A DNA stretch of 64,000 bases from Eledone cirrhosa (taxonomy: Eukaryota). The notes beneath the pieces are model-generated. The model worked only from the letters and a program-made list of their open reading frames with translations. It was not told the origin of the DNA and made no database searches. A program made the translations under genes and the position numbers. This document shows positions 26,271 to 40,912 of this stretch, piece after piece; the stretch's first letter is position 1, and every line of letters starts with the position of its first letter. Location: the NCBI GenBank assembly GCA_964016885.1, contig OZ024741.1:100068001-100132000 (forward strand), given 5' to 3'.

Positions 26271-28351
26271 TCCCTATTTAAAATAAAATCTTCCAAATAA
26301 TGTTGTATAATAAACATATGCAGAGTTATCTTGGCTATGAAGCAATTATAACTTTATTAAATGACTCCAAAATTATTAATTCATTGAAATAGAGTATATT
26401 GCCTTAGAAATACGGCTACGAAAGATATAAAAGTACGTATCTAAATTTGTGTCCGTCTATTTTGAATAGAGAATACAGATGGTTTCATATTTTCTACAAT
26501 ATATTAAAAATGTTTATTTTATCTCCATATAGTGTACGAAAGATATATCAACGAACCTATGAAAGAGATTTGCGTAGTCACACGGTTTGATAAATTTAAT
26601 TAACAAATTACATCCTACCTTCTTCAAATAGATGAGGAAATTTGATATCATATTACTAGGTACCTTATGTTTAAACATATAGAAGATACATGATTGACAC
26701 ACCTGGAAACAATTTCTTCTTTCGTCGACTTTGACCATGTTACTCATAAGCGAGAATCCGTCGACGTGTTGAAGCGTCGATTTGTTGGTCCGAGATAAAT
26801 AACACTAATTCGTGCGAATGGTTCTGAGTAGCAAATATTTTGTCAGTTGATAAAATATCCTCGATGTGTGAGCATAAAGAGAGCTATCATTTGCATTGAA
26901 GATATCATGTCTGATGACTTGTGACTGTAGGATTACTGAGAGGGTGGAAAAAGCAAATTAACTTACTATTTCTTGCTGATGTTCAGGTGATAATAATGCC
27001 TTATATGAAACGGGAATCGTATGTATGTGCAGACACATTCTTCCAGCATGAATTATAAATGTAATATGTATACTTTGGATTTCAGATATGATTATATTTT
27101 AAGTAATGAAAGATTTATATATGTGAGAGAAATGAGAATTATTTGCGTATTATTTAGAGTTTGTATCTCAGATATTGCTTTATAGAAGTGAAACTCTTCA
27201 TATAAAATTAATTATTGCCGTTTTCATAGATATTTACATAGTTACAAATATAGGCATTGTGAAGAACGAGAAATAAGTTTAATGATTCATCGCTAATCAG
27301 TATGTAAATTCAATTTGACTTTCAGAATAATATTCTGATTAGGAAACGGTATTCTCCTCCATGCGCTGCGAAAAGTTTGATCCACATGCCAGCCCAAACT
27401 CCGATTCGTCCGAGGCGTCACCCTCGCTGATGTTCTTGAATTATTCAATGATGTAACATCATTAGTCAACATTCAGCCAACCAGTATTACAACGCCAGCG
27501 TGGGTATTGTTGTAAATGGCGCATCGTTGTTATTGTCAAATCTGAGGCCTGGTTTAAGATTCATTACAAAATGACTTCCTATAAGTTAGCTCTTTAAGAA
27601 ATTCCATGAAAACAGATGCCACTATTTCATTGTCAGAATCAATCTACGGTGATACCAGTGGCCAAATATATAGTTGTCATAGACTGTCGATAAACAAATA
27701 TTACATCACAGATAAATCCCTCATATATGATAGAATGTGTTTTGAGAGAGATTTACAAGGTATAAATTGACCAAGTTTTAGTTTCATCTTCCCAGTCCTA
27801 AAAAAAAGGTTAATGAGATGTTAAAATAATACATACATTTATATACCATAAATTGATATAACATTTTTTTTAATGATCAGGGTGTCCATATATGTGTATT
27901 ATTTCAGTTACTCAAACTATGGATTTCATACGTATATAAATATGTAACAGGCATTAAAATAATAGTCTAGCGTAACACAAAATAAGTATACACATAATTC
28001 AATATCGAACTCTATAGCAATGTCGAAAGTATCATGAAGATACTGAAAAAAAATTGAACTTAAATAAATTAATAACATATAATTGTATATAAACATGCAT
28101 GCTTACTTCAACTACCCGTGTACATATTCAAAACAAACACACTAACGGATTTTATTTTCGAAATAAAATAACGTAATTCATTGTGCATATATCCTTTGGA
28201 AAGGCATATGCATATATATTACAATCGTAATTCACATCTTTAAAATGTCATGTGAAATGAAATAAGAATATTCTATAAATGTAACAGATATTCAGCATGT
28301 GAAAACCCTAATGTCATACATAAATAACCACTGATAAATGTCTATGTACTG

Positions 28352-28414
<63 letters not shown>

Positions 28415-29022
28415 AATATATGTATACATGAAATCTGTGTGAGTGTTTTGTGAATTATATTTATGTAAATATATTGCGTTCACATCAATTCGGCATTTAT
28501 TGCTGCCTATTTGAATACACGTGCAAGAGACGTAAACCGAATTTGAAGTCAATATCAGATTTAAACTACCAAAGTGTTGTACATTTTCATCTCATGTATA
28601 TAGTAGATACATAAATATATGTATATTCAAAGTCATAAAATATGAGTTATATTTGTACACATATATAAATATGTATATGCGCATAAGCGCATGCAAAATT
28701 ATGCATATACATGTAGGAATGGTTATATGAAATGTTATGCATAGATATGTATACAATTGTAAAACACATGTGATATTCCCTGCATACATATGTACATACA
28801 AATATACGCGCCTATGTCTATATGTGTGTTGTGAGTGTGTACATTTGCATATATTTAGAAGTGTATTCTATAAACCCACAACACATGCGCACAAAGACAC
28901 ACACACGCACATACACAAAAACATACACACACACAAACGCACACACACGCACATACACACAAACATACACACACACGAACGCACACACACACACACACAT
29001 ACACACACACGCAGACATACAT

Positions 29023-29129
<107 letters not shown>

Positions 29130-29521
29130 GAGAGAGAGAGAGAGAGAGGGGGGGAAAGAGAGAGAAAGAGAGAGATATGTTGATAGATAAAAAGCTAGGC
29201 AGACAGGTAGTTAATGTAATAGATAAATATATATATAGATAAATATGTATATATAAAGATAGACGAATAGACATATAGATGAGTAGATAGATAGGCGTGT
29301 GTGCTTATGTATGTATGTATGTATGTATGTTTGTATGTATGTGTTTTCAGTTGAAAATTAATTTTCCGTCTATATAAAAGCTTTTTCAGAAAGAGAAAAG
29401 CTCACTGATTCTTTAAACTATTCATTATAGAAAAATGAAAAATCGAATTTCATGTTTATAATATGTTAAACTGAAATTCGTATATATATATCAAAATATA
29501 TATATAAATATATGCATGTAA

Positions 29522-29578
<57 letters not shown>

Positions 29579-29841
29579 AGTGCGTTTCCTACGTATATAT
29601 ATGTATACATACTTACATACATACACAAATACACACACGTATATATCTAAATATGAATACTTAAGCCTATCCACATATGTTCGCTTGGAAATCAGATTTA
29701 TGTTAAGTGTTTTCTAAAATTTGTACTGAAGATTGAACTGACGATTTCCTCCTTTTTATGAACGACCAGGTTTCTGTTAAGCGGCCGAATAAGTGTAGAC
29801 ATTTATTTTCAGCCTCTTACTCGATATATATATATATATAT

Positions 29842-30450
29842 ATATTATATTATATTTAGAGTTTTAAACTCAAACAGTCATTTACAATTAATCAGCTCAA
29901 AGAAAGAAGCATTTCTGAGCCGTGAAATACAAGTTAATATAAATTAATATATGATAAACACATAAGTGTTTGTATTGCAAAAGACGAAGATAGCTAGAAT
30001 GAAATAAACTAATTAAAATAAATATAGATTGTCCGTCTCGATATAAATCAATAAAAACAAGCTCATATTTGAAAAAGCCGTGATTCCTGGACAAATTTAA
30101 ATTTCAAAATCCAAGCCTGCTCCGTAGATGTATTTGAACTTTAAAACCTAAATATGTTTCGTAACGGTGGTATAAAAAGTGAAATATTCAAATCTTCTGT
30201 GCTTATCAACAGGAATCCAGAAAAATTAGTACATTTCACCTCCAAAAGTTTCACGGCTTAGAAATGCTTCTTTCTTTGAGCTAATTAATTGTAAATAACT
30301 GTTTGAGTTTAAAACTCTAAATATAATATAATATTACGGCTCCTAGCTTGTCGAGCTAATTTTTAATCCCATATAAACGGCTGTTATTTCTAGCACTTTG
30401 CCTGTGTATTTTCTTCATTCTAGCATGCTCCGAAGATCTGACTGGTTATA
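29842..30450 (+). mobile_element. Fold-back element: about 86-bp inverted arms, 320-bp spacer, GCTC..GAGC hairpin and tail
   Basis: Arms 29842-29927 and 30249-30334; GCTC 30339-42 pairs with GAGC 30353-56; (TA)n on the left. Confidence 0.75.
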
Positions 30451-30585
30451 ATTTTGTATTGGCGATCGAGTAACGTGAACATAAGCGAATAGCGATCTCT
30501 AGACCTACCAGTTCAGAGAAACAATTGTCAGCTATGAGATTAAAAACCTTTTTTGTATAGCAAACCATGTCAACCTTCTTTCCTG

Positions 30586-30616
<31 letters not shown>

Positions 30617-30619
<3 letters not shown>

Positions 30620-31260
30620 GTGGAACACTGGAAGGTAATATCCGTAGTGATAGAGCACTCAGTCCAAGGGACGAGTCAGGTAGAAGTGGTTACACAACAG
30701 TTAGTTCACCATACCTAGAACAATTGTTTCACCTTAGAGGAAGATCTGCTAAGGTGAAACCATTGATCCGCTAAGGTGAAGCAACGAAAAGTGAGGAAGA
30801 AGGAGTCAAGTCCCAAATTTCCATGAATATAAGTTCGGTGAAATCGTGAACGAGAGAGAATAAAGACCATCAAACCTAGTTGAAATGTGAGCAAGGAAGG
30901 AATTTCGCACATGTCTAATGGGAGGAAGAAGGGGTCTAGTTCCTGAATTCGGTGAACATAAGTTCTGTGAAATCGTAGACGAGAGAGAGAAAAAAGGCGA
31001 ACAAGCGTGCGAAAGAAAAGAATTACGCACAGGTCAAACGGGAAGAAGGAGGAGGAGGAGAGGTAGTAACAGAGAGTGAGTGAAGAGTGAGGAAGAGGCT
31101 AACAGAGAGAGTGACTGTTAGAGAGGGTAAAGATACAGAGAAAGAGGAAGCAGTAAGAACGAAATAGACGGGTCACAACGGGGAAAAAAATATGTGTAAA
31201 TATGAGAATAAACGTGCTGCGTGGTTGCTAATGGGTTACATATGAATATATCACTTCATG
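30617..31260 (-). mobile_element. PLE-type terminal fragment with GAGTGCTC motif, short fold-back and pLTR-like sequence
   Basis: GAGCACTC 30653-60 with GAGT 30673-76; hairpin 30721-30765; 30684-30737 is the reverse complement of 45023-45072; 31040-31260 resembles the 12.7-13.6 kb repeat. Confidence 0.65.
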
Positions 31261-31644
31261 ATTCCTTTTGTTGTTTTAGAATTTTTTAGCTTTCTAAATT
31301 AATTTGTTAATTCTATTTCCAACCATTTCGTTTCTCTTGAAAGTATTTTCCATTATCAACCCACCCTAGATTTATTTTTAAAAATCTCTGACGTAATTAC
31401 ATTTTACCAATGAACTAAAGTGGTAACCACCAAAGTTGTTTCCATATTTCAATACCTGGCCCTGAGTATTTCGTCTTTGTTATGATTCGTGGATAATGCA
31501 GTAAAATAAATCTTATATTTTCATGAATTTGTGCAAATCGACTTGGCTTACCTTTTCCACTAGAGTAAAGTTCTATTCATCAAAACTTATGTGCTCCTTG
31601 TAATTTAAATCATCTTATGGTTCTGTAAAAGAACCATCTACAGA

Positions 31645-31765
31645 GGGGTGCGTGGTTTAGTGGTTATAGAATTGGATTCACAATCGTGATGTATTGAGTT
31701 TGATTTCCAGAGCTAGAGATGCGTTATGTCCTTCAGCAAGACACTTTATTTTATGTTGCTCCTTG
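31645..31765 (+). mobile_element. tRNA-derived SINE fragment (CORE-like family)
   Basis: gtggtttagtggtta (A box), gagtttgatttcc (B box), tgtccttcagcaagacacttt; related to 34198-34530. Confidence 0.6.
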
Positions 31766-33789
31766 TGCCAGGAGTTCCAGCAGGTAGATAATATCTCCAA
31801 TGGAAAGACCAATGAAAATATTGTTCCCTGAGCCCGACTTTATGCGTTCGGGGATCCTATTGATCGTCCCTTTTCTACAGAGAGGTAGGATAACAGTACA
31901 GTTTTAAATTCCATTAGTTTACGCACCTTAAATACCGAGCATTGTCGAGATTAAACGTCTCATTATTGGATAAACTGGCATTTCCTTCAAATGTTAACTT
32001 CCTAATGCACAAGTAAAAACTTTGTCACGAAGTGCTTTGGGTGTTCAATATATTAACCTTTCTGTCTTGCATTGTTTGGCGATTGATGGGTATTTCCAAA
32101 TAAATATTATATAAGTAACGTAACATTTGCCACCTTTATTGATTATCTTGATTACTTGATTATAGGGACTTATTACCCTGAAACGATAACAAAATAAACA
32201 TTTCTAATTATAATATAAATCTTCGCAAATCAACTAAAGAAATAATAACGAATAATTGTTTTTATATTTGGCACAAGGCCAGTAATTTGAAGGGAAAGAA
32301 AAAGACGATTAAATTGACCCCAGTGTTTTATTTTATCAATCCCGTAAGGATAATAAAATTAGTAAGGAGTCCTATATATTCCATTGTGGTAGGTCGCACT
32401 TGCACTATTTAAAATATAATGCTGTTGTTAAAAACTGAACATCTTTGTATGATTATTTCATGAGTCATTCCTGTGTTCAGATCATCATTAACATATTTCT
32501 CTGCATATTTCTTGTTTCAACATAATGTCATAATGGAGCTGAGATATTTAAAAGGATAGGAAATTTTCAGGACCATGAAGAATTTCGGAGTTATTTAAAA
32601 GCAATATTATTCCCATAAAAAAATTATCAATGAAATAAGTTGGGATCACGAATAACTTAAAATCCTCGTAATATTGCCAAATAATATCAACAAAAGCAAT
32701 TGAAATAATATTATAAAATAATCATGGTTGATGTAACATCTCAAAATAGACATGCTTCAATAGTTTAATACCCAACTTATTTTATAATACCATTACAATT
32801 CAATAACTCCTCAAGCTTCACTGCAACAGGATAATATTTCCTGTAACCGACAATTTTCGAAATAAATTAGTTCACATTAGACAGATTAATGCAATGTCTC
32901 ATTTTCATTCAACAAATTCCTCATAATAGAAATGTCAAAGTCAGACTTTTTCTCGTTTACGTATGCACTGCTATCACTGACGGTATTTGAGTTGAAAGTA
33001 CAGACTTCTTAAATGAAATGATTTTAACCAATAGGCCTCTTCTTAAGAATCCTAATGTGTAGAGAACATCTCCATTTCACTTCATGTCATACTGATGAGG
33101 TCTTAGAAACATTATCAGCTGAGACTAACGCGTCTCTTTAATCTTTACAAAAAAAAAAAAAAAAAAAAAAAACTCAACACAACTGGGGTTTTACGTGCTA
33201 GAAATTGCAATCAAATATATTTCAAAACACATCGTATCGATACTACATTGAATAAAATAATCACGCGTAAACTGTGTCTGATATAATTCTTCTAACATTT
33301 TAACATTGTGTGTCTGAAATAATGGACGTGATATTTATAACTGGAATGATTTAAATCTATGTTTTCTCTATTAGGGGAAGCGCAAGGTTAAACAATGACA
33401 AAACATATAATTATAATGATGTTCTGCTTACCTCTGGAAAGAATAATGTATTATCTTTCTGGAATACATCAATGCCTTTGATAGAGGTAATCTTTACTTA
33501 CCAATGCAATCCAACAAGGTCGTTTAATCTGCTTATCTGGCGCACTCATTTATTTTGCAGGCAAGTGCTTGATCGCAACATTCATTTATTTATTATAACA
33601 TTTGTTTCAGTTTGAAAGGGCGATATGCGCAGACATAAAGGACATCCCCCACACACACAGGCCTGCACAAACGTACCTCCCCATATATATATATAAATGG
33701 ATAGATACATGTTAGTATCCATAGTGAATTGAATATGAGAGTTTATATAATATCTAATTGAGGAGATTTTAATATAAATATATAGTATA

Positions 33790-34197
33790 TAGGTCCAATT
33801 GTCGGAGTCCGGAGGTCCGGAGGTTAATCAGTAGGAGTCCACGTAAGTGTGGAAGTATAAATAAAAACAACAAGAAATGAATAAACAAGAGGATGCAATA
33901 ACATGAAGTGTATTAGTTTCACGCTTGGAGGAAGAAGAATGAGTTACAAAGTCAATGCATTAGGAAAAATACAAAAGGAAAAGTACAAAGAAAATAATAA
34001 AAAAAAAAACATGAAACTTATTTTTTAGTTTTTCTATTTACTTTTATTTTTATGTTGTCTTTTTCTTGTTGAAGGGCAAATGCCAGATACGTTGACTATG
34101 TCATTCATTCTACTTCCTCCAAGCTTAAAGCTAATACATTTCATATTATTGCATGCTCATGTTTGTTCGTTTCTTGTTACCTTGTTTTACATACATA
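33790..34197. mobile_element. Inverted pLTR-like pair with a tail (PLE-type fold-back)
   Basis: 33855-33965 and 34080-34195 are imperfect reverse complements; a decayed hammerhead-like string TGTTGAA GGGC AAAT GCC A GATA CG TT occurs near 34067-34093. Confidence 0.6.
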
Positions 34198-34530
34198 GGC
34201 AGATGGCTTATTGGTTACTGCGTCGGGCTAACAAACGTGGGGTTGTGAGTTCGATTCTCAGACCTGTCTTTGTGTTGTGCCCTTCAGCCTGACATATTAT
34301 TTAACGTTGCGCCAGTTCACTCAGGTTGCGACGTCACTAGTGCCAAGCTGTATCGGCCCTTGACTTTCCCTTGGCCAACTTCAGTGGCATAGGGAGGGGG
34401 AAATGGCATGCATGGCCGACTGGTGAGCTTACGCAAATAACCTTTCCCGTACTTGAGCCTCAGAGGGAACATTTCTAGGTGCAAATCCCGTGGTCATTCG
34501 AGATCGAAGGTGGGGGGTTCTTTACTCTTA
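34198..34530 (+). mobile_element. tRNA-derived SINE (CORE-like family), near full length
   Basis: A box tggcttattggtta, B box gagttcgattctc, CORE-like tgtgcccttcagcctgacatatt. Confidence 0.65.
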
Positions 34531-34599
34531 AGCTCTTATATATATATACACGTGTGTGTGTGTTTATATATTGATGTAATTTAACCGGAATTTGCGCGA

Positions 34600-36775
34600 T
34601 TGAAGATCTACCCACTACCTTCAGCCTTAGAAGTATCAGGGGTCCTTGCTGTTACCAGTAGGCATGCCTTTTGAAAAGTTTCAAAAAGTGGTACTGGGCT
34701 TATTTTTTTTACCCAGCCTTGGTAATTCCTTGAGATAGTACCTAATGCTCCTTTGACTTTGGTCTCATGACAATTCCAAATTACTCTCAGTTCCCACTTT
34801 AGATTCTAGCATCGTTTAATTTTCTCCTTTTCTTTTTCTTTCATTCTTGTATCAAAGGGATAAGCTACATCTATAATCAGGCAATATATTTTCCTTGTCA
34901 AAATGTACCAGTTCAGGTATATTGTTTTCTAATTCTGCGTTATGCATATAACATATCTCAGGGGGAAGGTTAATGTTTGAGTTTCTCTGTGGATCCTTTT
35001 TTCCTGTTATCAATTCACCATAGACACTACAGAACAGGCTAGCCTCCTCCTTGTCAATATGATGATTCATCCAAATCATTTTAAGAGCTTCGTCATGCAC
35101 AACACGTAACATTCTCTCTGTATGAATAAACAGATTTTGTTTCCTTCAAGAAGATGCCATAAAGAGCTTTTACATAGACGTAGTTCATCCCTTCGTTGTT
35201 ACTTCTTTCTTGGAGAAACCCTGGTCGATTATCACCCCATTCAATGCAACCTTAACCATTGGCTCGCTACTCTCGAACACATATTTATATAAACAGCTCA
35301 TCTCCATCTGAACATAGTCATCAACGGTGATAAGACCTCTCCCACCTTCAGATATTAAGTACATTCGATCAACATCACCCTTCTTTTAAAATATACTGAA
35401 GGTAGTCATAACTGTCCTTGTTTTATATCCAGTTCTTTTTGCTCATTTACTTTCCTTTTAAGAATTCCCGCATTGTACATAATAATGCTTTCTTTATTAG
35501 CCACAAAGGGTCCACATTAAGGAGATATTAAAGACGGTACAGGACGATACAATGTGGGTTTTGGGGTTTTGTGTGTAAAATAAAATTCATCACAGACATA
35601 ACAAAATAATTATTAAAACAATCAAACATGACAAATTCCGCAAAGGTGAGGAGATTCGAAGGGGTTTTCATGGAGAAAGCCCACAAAAGATACGGTCACC
35701 TTGACCACTAGGGCAAGTGCCCTCACACAGTTTTTCTCCTTGAATACTACAAGAACACGCTCAGAGCAGCCCCATTTACACCTCTTGCCTCTATCACCCA
35801 CCCTTCAACAAACTGGCTAGAAAGGAGCACCTCCCTCTCCACCCTGAAATCTGAAAAAGTTATTGAGAGCGTTGCCGAAGAGAAAAGTTCCAATTTTCAA
35901 CCCTTTCAGACGCGTCCACCATATGACCTATTTCACATGGCCACCAGGCAATTAAAACTGCTTGGTCTCACTGGTTAAAGGAGGGTGGCGGGGTAATCGT
36001 CATGATGGACTCAGCTGATAGCTAGATCCATCCTACGCGCGAGAGAATATGTTCGACATAAACTCACATGTAAGTGATATTCGGACACTGGATGTTATCT
36101 AACTCCAAAATACCAAAATACGTATATCCTTCATCAGTATCGATCTCCTTCATCACGTCTCATGCTGGTATCTTGAATCCTTCGCTTCTCTTCAATTTTC
36201 CTTTTCTCGTCACTTGGATCCTACACCTGTTCACAAATTCCAATACATTATCATTGCTGAAAATATGGACAGTGCTAACAAGTACATCCAACTCCTCCTC
36301 GTTTTTCTCGAAGACTTTTAGATCGACCATGAAGAGGACATGGTTGATGGTAAGCTCTTTTGTTCCCAGTTCGTATCCTGCCTTTAATCTTCGGAATACG
36401 AGGGACAATGGTATGAAGGTTAGGACAAACCATAAAAGATACAGACTATCTCCTTGGAAGATATCTCTTTTGATTTTCAATCCTCCACAGGATTCTTCTC
36501 CTGATGTTGACTTTGTCTCCCAGTTCTTCATGCTATGGCTTACTAGCAGTCAGATGTTTTCTGCCTCAGTGAAGGGTTTTAGGCATGGTTATCAAAGAAT
36601 GAGGAATAAAATCGAATACCTTCTTTTAATCTATCCATCCCATGCAAAGGCCATTACGTTTCCTCTTGTAGTTATTTATCATTTTGTCAAATATTAACTG
36701 GTCTTTTATACGAAGGGACTTCTTTCGGCATCCATTCTGTTCGCGGTGGCTTGTCAGTATCAGTAGAGCGTCAGA
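34600..36775 (-). mobile_element. Decayed R4/Dong-like (REL-endonuclease) LINE, interrupted by a Tx1 fragment
   Basis: 36160..36531: IFQGDSL, INHVLFMVDLKVF (RT). 36626-36720: DQLIFDK..L.MGWID. 34852..35112: R.HD and decayed PD..D REL region. Confidence 0.78.
35487..36072 (-). mobile_element. Tx1 3'-end fragment nested in the R4/Dong-like element
   Basis: Reverse complement matches copy A about 1320-1910 (gtttatgtcgaac ... gtggctaataaagaaa). Confidence 0.85.
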
Positions 36776-36965
36776 CACCATGCTTTGCCGCTTAGAGTTA
36801 CCGCGCATTAAGATTTGAGTACAAATCTCGGCGAGCTTGGCTTTGCCTTTCATCCTTACGGGGTTGATGAGATAGTCACGCTCTGGGGTCAATTTAATCG
36901 ACTTTAATGCCCCCCCCCAAAAAAAAAAATTGCTGACCGTGTGCCTAAATAGGAAAACATTAATA
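36772..36965 (+). mobile_element. tRNA-derived SINE (Meta-domain-like family)
   Basis: gagtacaaatctcggcgag ... ctttgcctttcatccttacgggg ... tgctgaccgtgtgcctaaatagg. Confidence 0.75.
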
Positions 36966-37774
36966 TTTTTATTTTTTATTCATTTTTTTTTAAGGCTTAT
37001 AAATATGTAGACCAGTATTGAAATAGAGCTAAGTGTGCGATATATATAGGTTTGAAAGTATATACACCAGCCAAGTATATATATTATACTATGTCCTTAT
37101 TCACGATCTCTGATACGATTGTACCATATACAGATTCAGACTTAAGTGTATCCCTGTGTCAGATATTTGTTCCACTGTGGAAATGTTGATAACAATATCG
37201 TGCAACATAGAAACGATCGCATGAAACTACACTCATGAAAACAAACATTATATGTATATCTGCGTGTAAATCTCTATACGGCTATGTATTTGTGTGTATT
37301 TCAGTTGAAAGATTTCTTCTATTATTTCATTATAATTTAATAAAGGAAACAAAATCCGAATAGAAACAAGGGAAGAGCAAAGTGACTCTCCTGACACGCA
37401 TATGTACACGCACAAAATGCTCACATAGACAAAGACATAGCCAGAAACCTCCACGTACATAAATGTGTCTGTGTGAGGGGCATGTAAGTGTGGTAGAGTG
37501 TGTATGTGTGTAATGGCGGGTGAAGATATAATGGTTTCAGTGATAAATCAATAAGTAATTTAGTTTATATAATCAGCTACATTTGAGACCGATAGATTTC
37601 CATAATTACCGTGGTTCGCCTGTAGTGTGCCAAGCTTCGGAAATAGATACGTAGAGTTACTTACAGACACAGCATTAATTATAATGAGGAATATTCAGAT
37701 ATTTATTTCCATTATAAATTTGATGATAAAATTTAACATTATATTTCTACTGAAGATAAATTTACGTTTGTACA

Positions 37775-37804
<30 letters not shown>

Positions 37805-37805
<1 letters not shown>

Positions 37806-39260
37806 GGACCAGTTTACAGAACAAGTTGCGTATGGGTACCTGAGACGAAACAGACAGACCATACAGGGGATAAATCATTCAAAAAGCATGGCATGGAGTT
37901 CCGACAAGTTTATGATATCCCACCTTGAAGGATATTTTTATGCAATACAGGAACAAAAAATCGTTACCTAATATCTGCTACACAAAAGAGGAGGGCTATC
38001 GATTGACAATAAATGTAGGCTATGTAAAACAAAGATCGAAGATGTAAGCTACATTGTTGCCAGCTGCGAAAGAACGTCGTCTCGCTACTACCTCCCTATG
38101 AGACACGGTGATAGCTAGAACCATCTGGAACGCACTTAGAAAAACAAAATTAAAAACAAATGAGGAGGAATATGTTCAGAAAGATGGCACTAAGGAATAC
38201 TGGTGGAACCAGAAAATGAAAGCTGCCACCAAATTAAAGCACAACCGGCCTGATATTGTTGCTTGGGACCACACATTGAAAGCGTGCTCTGTTTTAGAGA
38301 TCAGCTGCCCACTTGATGTTAAGGTTGTAAGAAAAATACAAGAGAAGGAGGGTATCTACGGACCATTGATGCGGAGTTTGCAGATCCAGTATCCAAGATA
38401 TACCTTCAGCTTCAAACCCATCATTATTGGAGCCAGAAGTTATATACCAACCCGCTTGGACCAAAGTATAACTGAACTTTGATTGTAGACAAAGAGCGCA
38501 GCCCCCTAATAGACTAAAAATGGCTGCGATAGCTGCCAACTTCAAATTTGCAAAATATTCTTGCGATTCAAGGGATGACAATTTCTTTTCTTTTACAAAC
38601 TTGCCAAAAGGAAGGTGGCCGGTCAAAAATGTACTCGAAATTAAGAGAAAGAGAAATATACATCCATGCATACATATATACATACTCTGCAGAATTAACA
38701 TCGAAGAGGTCGCACATGTCATTAGCAGCTGTCCAAAAATATAATCATGGTACTATCTACCTATGAGGCATGATGTAGAGGACACAACTCTATACAATGC
38801 AATCCGTAGAACAGATAGCCTCGACAATTAGCATATGCAAATTTAGAGAAATGTGGAAGACATATACAAACGTAATATGTAAAATTACTAGTGGAATACT
38901 CCAGTCAAAACCCCAATAAAATACAAGCAAAACACATCAGATGTAATAGTATGGGACAGGGAAAAGAAGGCAAGCACAGCAGTGAAAGTCAGCTGATGCT
39001 AATATAAGATTAAAGATTAGCAAAAGGGAACATATCTACGCAGAACTAATGAGGAATCTGCAGATACTCCACCCTGACTATACCTACATATTTATACCTG
39101 TGAATATTGTGGCACTGAGATATATTAGTAACTATCTCAGTACACATTTTGAGAAGCTGGGCTTCACAGAACCAGAAAGAACACGAATTGTTAGGAATTT
39201 ACAAGTTCAATCCATAAATGGAACAGTAAAATATGTAAAACATTCAAACAATTCTGCATT
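37805..39260 (+). mobile_element. Two consecutive decayed 3' portions of R4/Dong-like LINEs (CCHC finger + REL endonuclease)
   Basis: EGYFYAIQEQ, CRLCK...IEDVSYIVASC, YLPMRH, KHNRPDIVAWD..EISCP (37805-38480); the same motif order recurs, more decayed, at about 38560-39260. Confidence 0.8.
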
Positions 39261-39544
39261 TAATAACTGCATGTACACATGAATAAATACGAAACATATG
39301 GACATGCATATATATCCCTCAAAACATACTTGTCACACATACAAAGACAACCATACGTGCACACATAAGCACGCATGCAGCCATGAATACACATTTACCG
39401 AGTTGTTTAAATTCCAATAAAAGGGTTTTGTGTCTATGTTAGAAACCGGCTCTGCCTTTATTCGTAAAAAATTATCAAAATATTGAAAGCGAAAGAACAT
39501 ACATGCATAATAGATATATATATGTGCACATCCTCACGCACAAA

Positions 39545-39662
<118 letters not shown>

Positions 39663-40158
39663 AGTGTGAGAGAGAAATGATAAATACATAGAAAATAACA
39701 AAAGGCGACTCGTTAAGGGTTGTATAAATAAATACGTTTATATAAAACTGTAGTACAAAACTTTATTGTCAGTACAGATTAAATTTTGAAGCAATGCATT
39801 TTTGCTTACATCCTATACGTGATCATCGGAAACATAGAGTGAAAGCATATATTCATTGCTTACACTTTTAATCTGTAACCAGTAATGCACTGGGTAATTG
39901 CTGGCCTTGTGCCTAAAGTAGAAACAATTATAATATATATATATAATTACTACAAAGACCAACTCACAAATATATCAGAACCGTACAGCAAATATTTATT
40001 AAAATAACAGATTAAAGTTTAAGCAAAGAATCGCTGCTTTCACCGTTTTGAAACTAATATATATATATATGTTTGTGTGTGTGTGTATATACATAAATAT
40101 GTATATGTATAAAAGGGCCTTTTTTTCTAATATAAATATATATATATACAGACAGACA

Positions 40159-40246
<88 letters not shown>

Positions 40247-40313
40247 TCCACTGAATTATTTTTGTATAAGTTCCCTGTGTCCACGTATTGCCTGGAAACT
40301 TAGCTAAGAATAG

Positions 40314-40395
40314 ACTTCCCTGATGACGAAAGGCTTCTCCGTGCTCTCTTAGGTTAGTACGTTTAATCCCTTTCAGAAACTAATTAGTTGGGAGT
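40314..40395 (+). ncRNA. Type I hammerhead ribozyme
   Basis: Stem I ACTTCC/GGGAGT; CTGATGA 40320-26; stem II GAAAGG/CCTTTC; GAAA 40376-79; palindromic AACTAATTAGTT; cleavage triplet GTT. Confidence 0.85.
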
Positions 40396-40830
40396 GAAAT
40401 TTAAGTAAGTTAATTTTATAATTTTCTTATTTTACGTCTCTCATATTATTGTTCTGCTACCCCATGCATTGAACCACATAGTTACTAAGACAAAACCTAT
40501 ATATTTGCTAACATAAGTATGCATCTGTGTATATATATGTTACTAGATATACTATTTCTTTATAATTATCTCCAAAATTATTTGTCGAGCAAAAATGGCC
40601 AAAACTGCTGCTATAGTAACAGTACGGCTGCTGTCTTACTAACAAACCACTATCCACTGATTGACCTCGATGTCACGTGATTGATTCTTTTGAATTTGCC
40701 ACCGACGCAGTAGGCAGTGATTTTATCAATGGCTTGGAATTAGTCCTCGCTTTGCTTTTTCGATCCACTGAATTATTTGTGTATAAGTTCCCTCTGTCCA
40801 CGTATTGCCTGGAAACTAAGCTGAGAATAG

Positions 40831-40912
40831 ACTTCCCTGATGACGAAAGGCTTCTCCGTGCTCTCTTCGGATAGTACGTTTAATCCCTTTCAGAAACTAA
40901 TTAGTTGGGAGT
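40831..40912 (+). ncRNA. Type I hammerhead ribozyme (second copy)
   Basis: Same core and stems as 40314-40395; differences are confined to the stem II loop. Confidence 0.85.

Noticed and set aside
33092-33125. CTGATGA...GAAAC hammerhead-like string
   Set aside because: No convincing stem I or stem II pairing.
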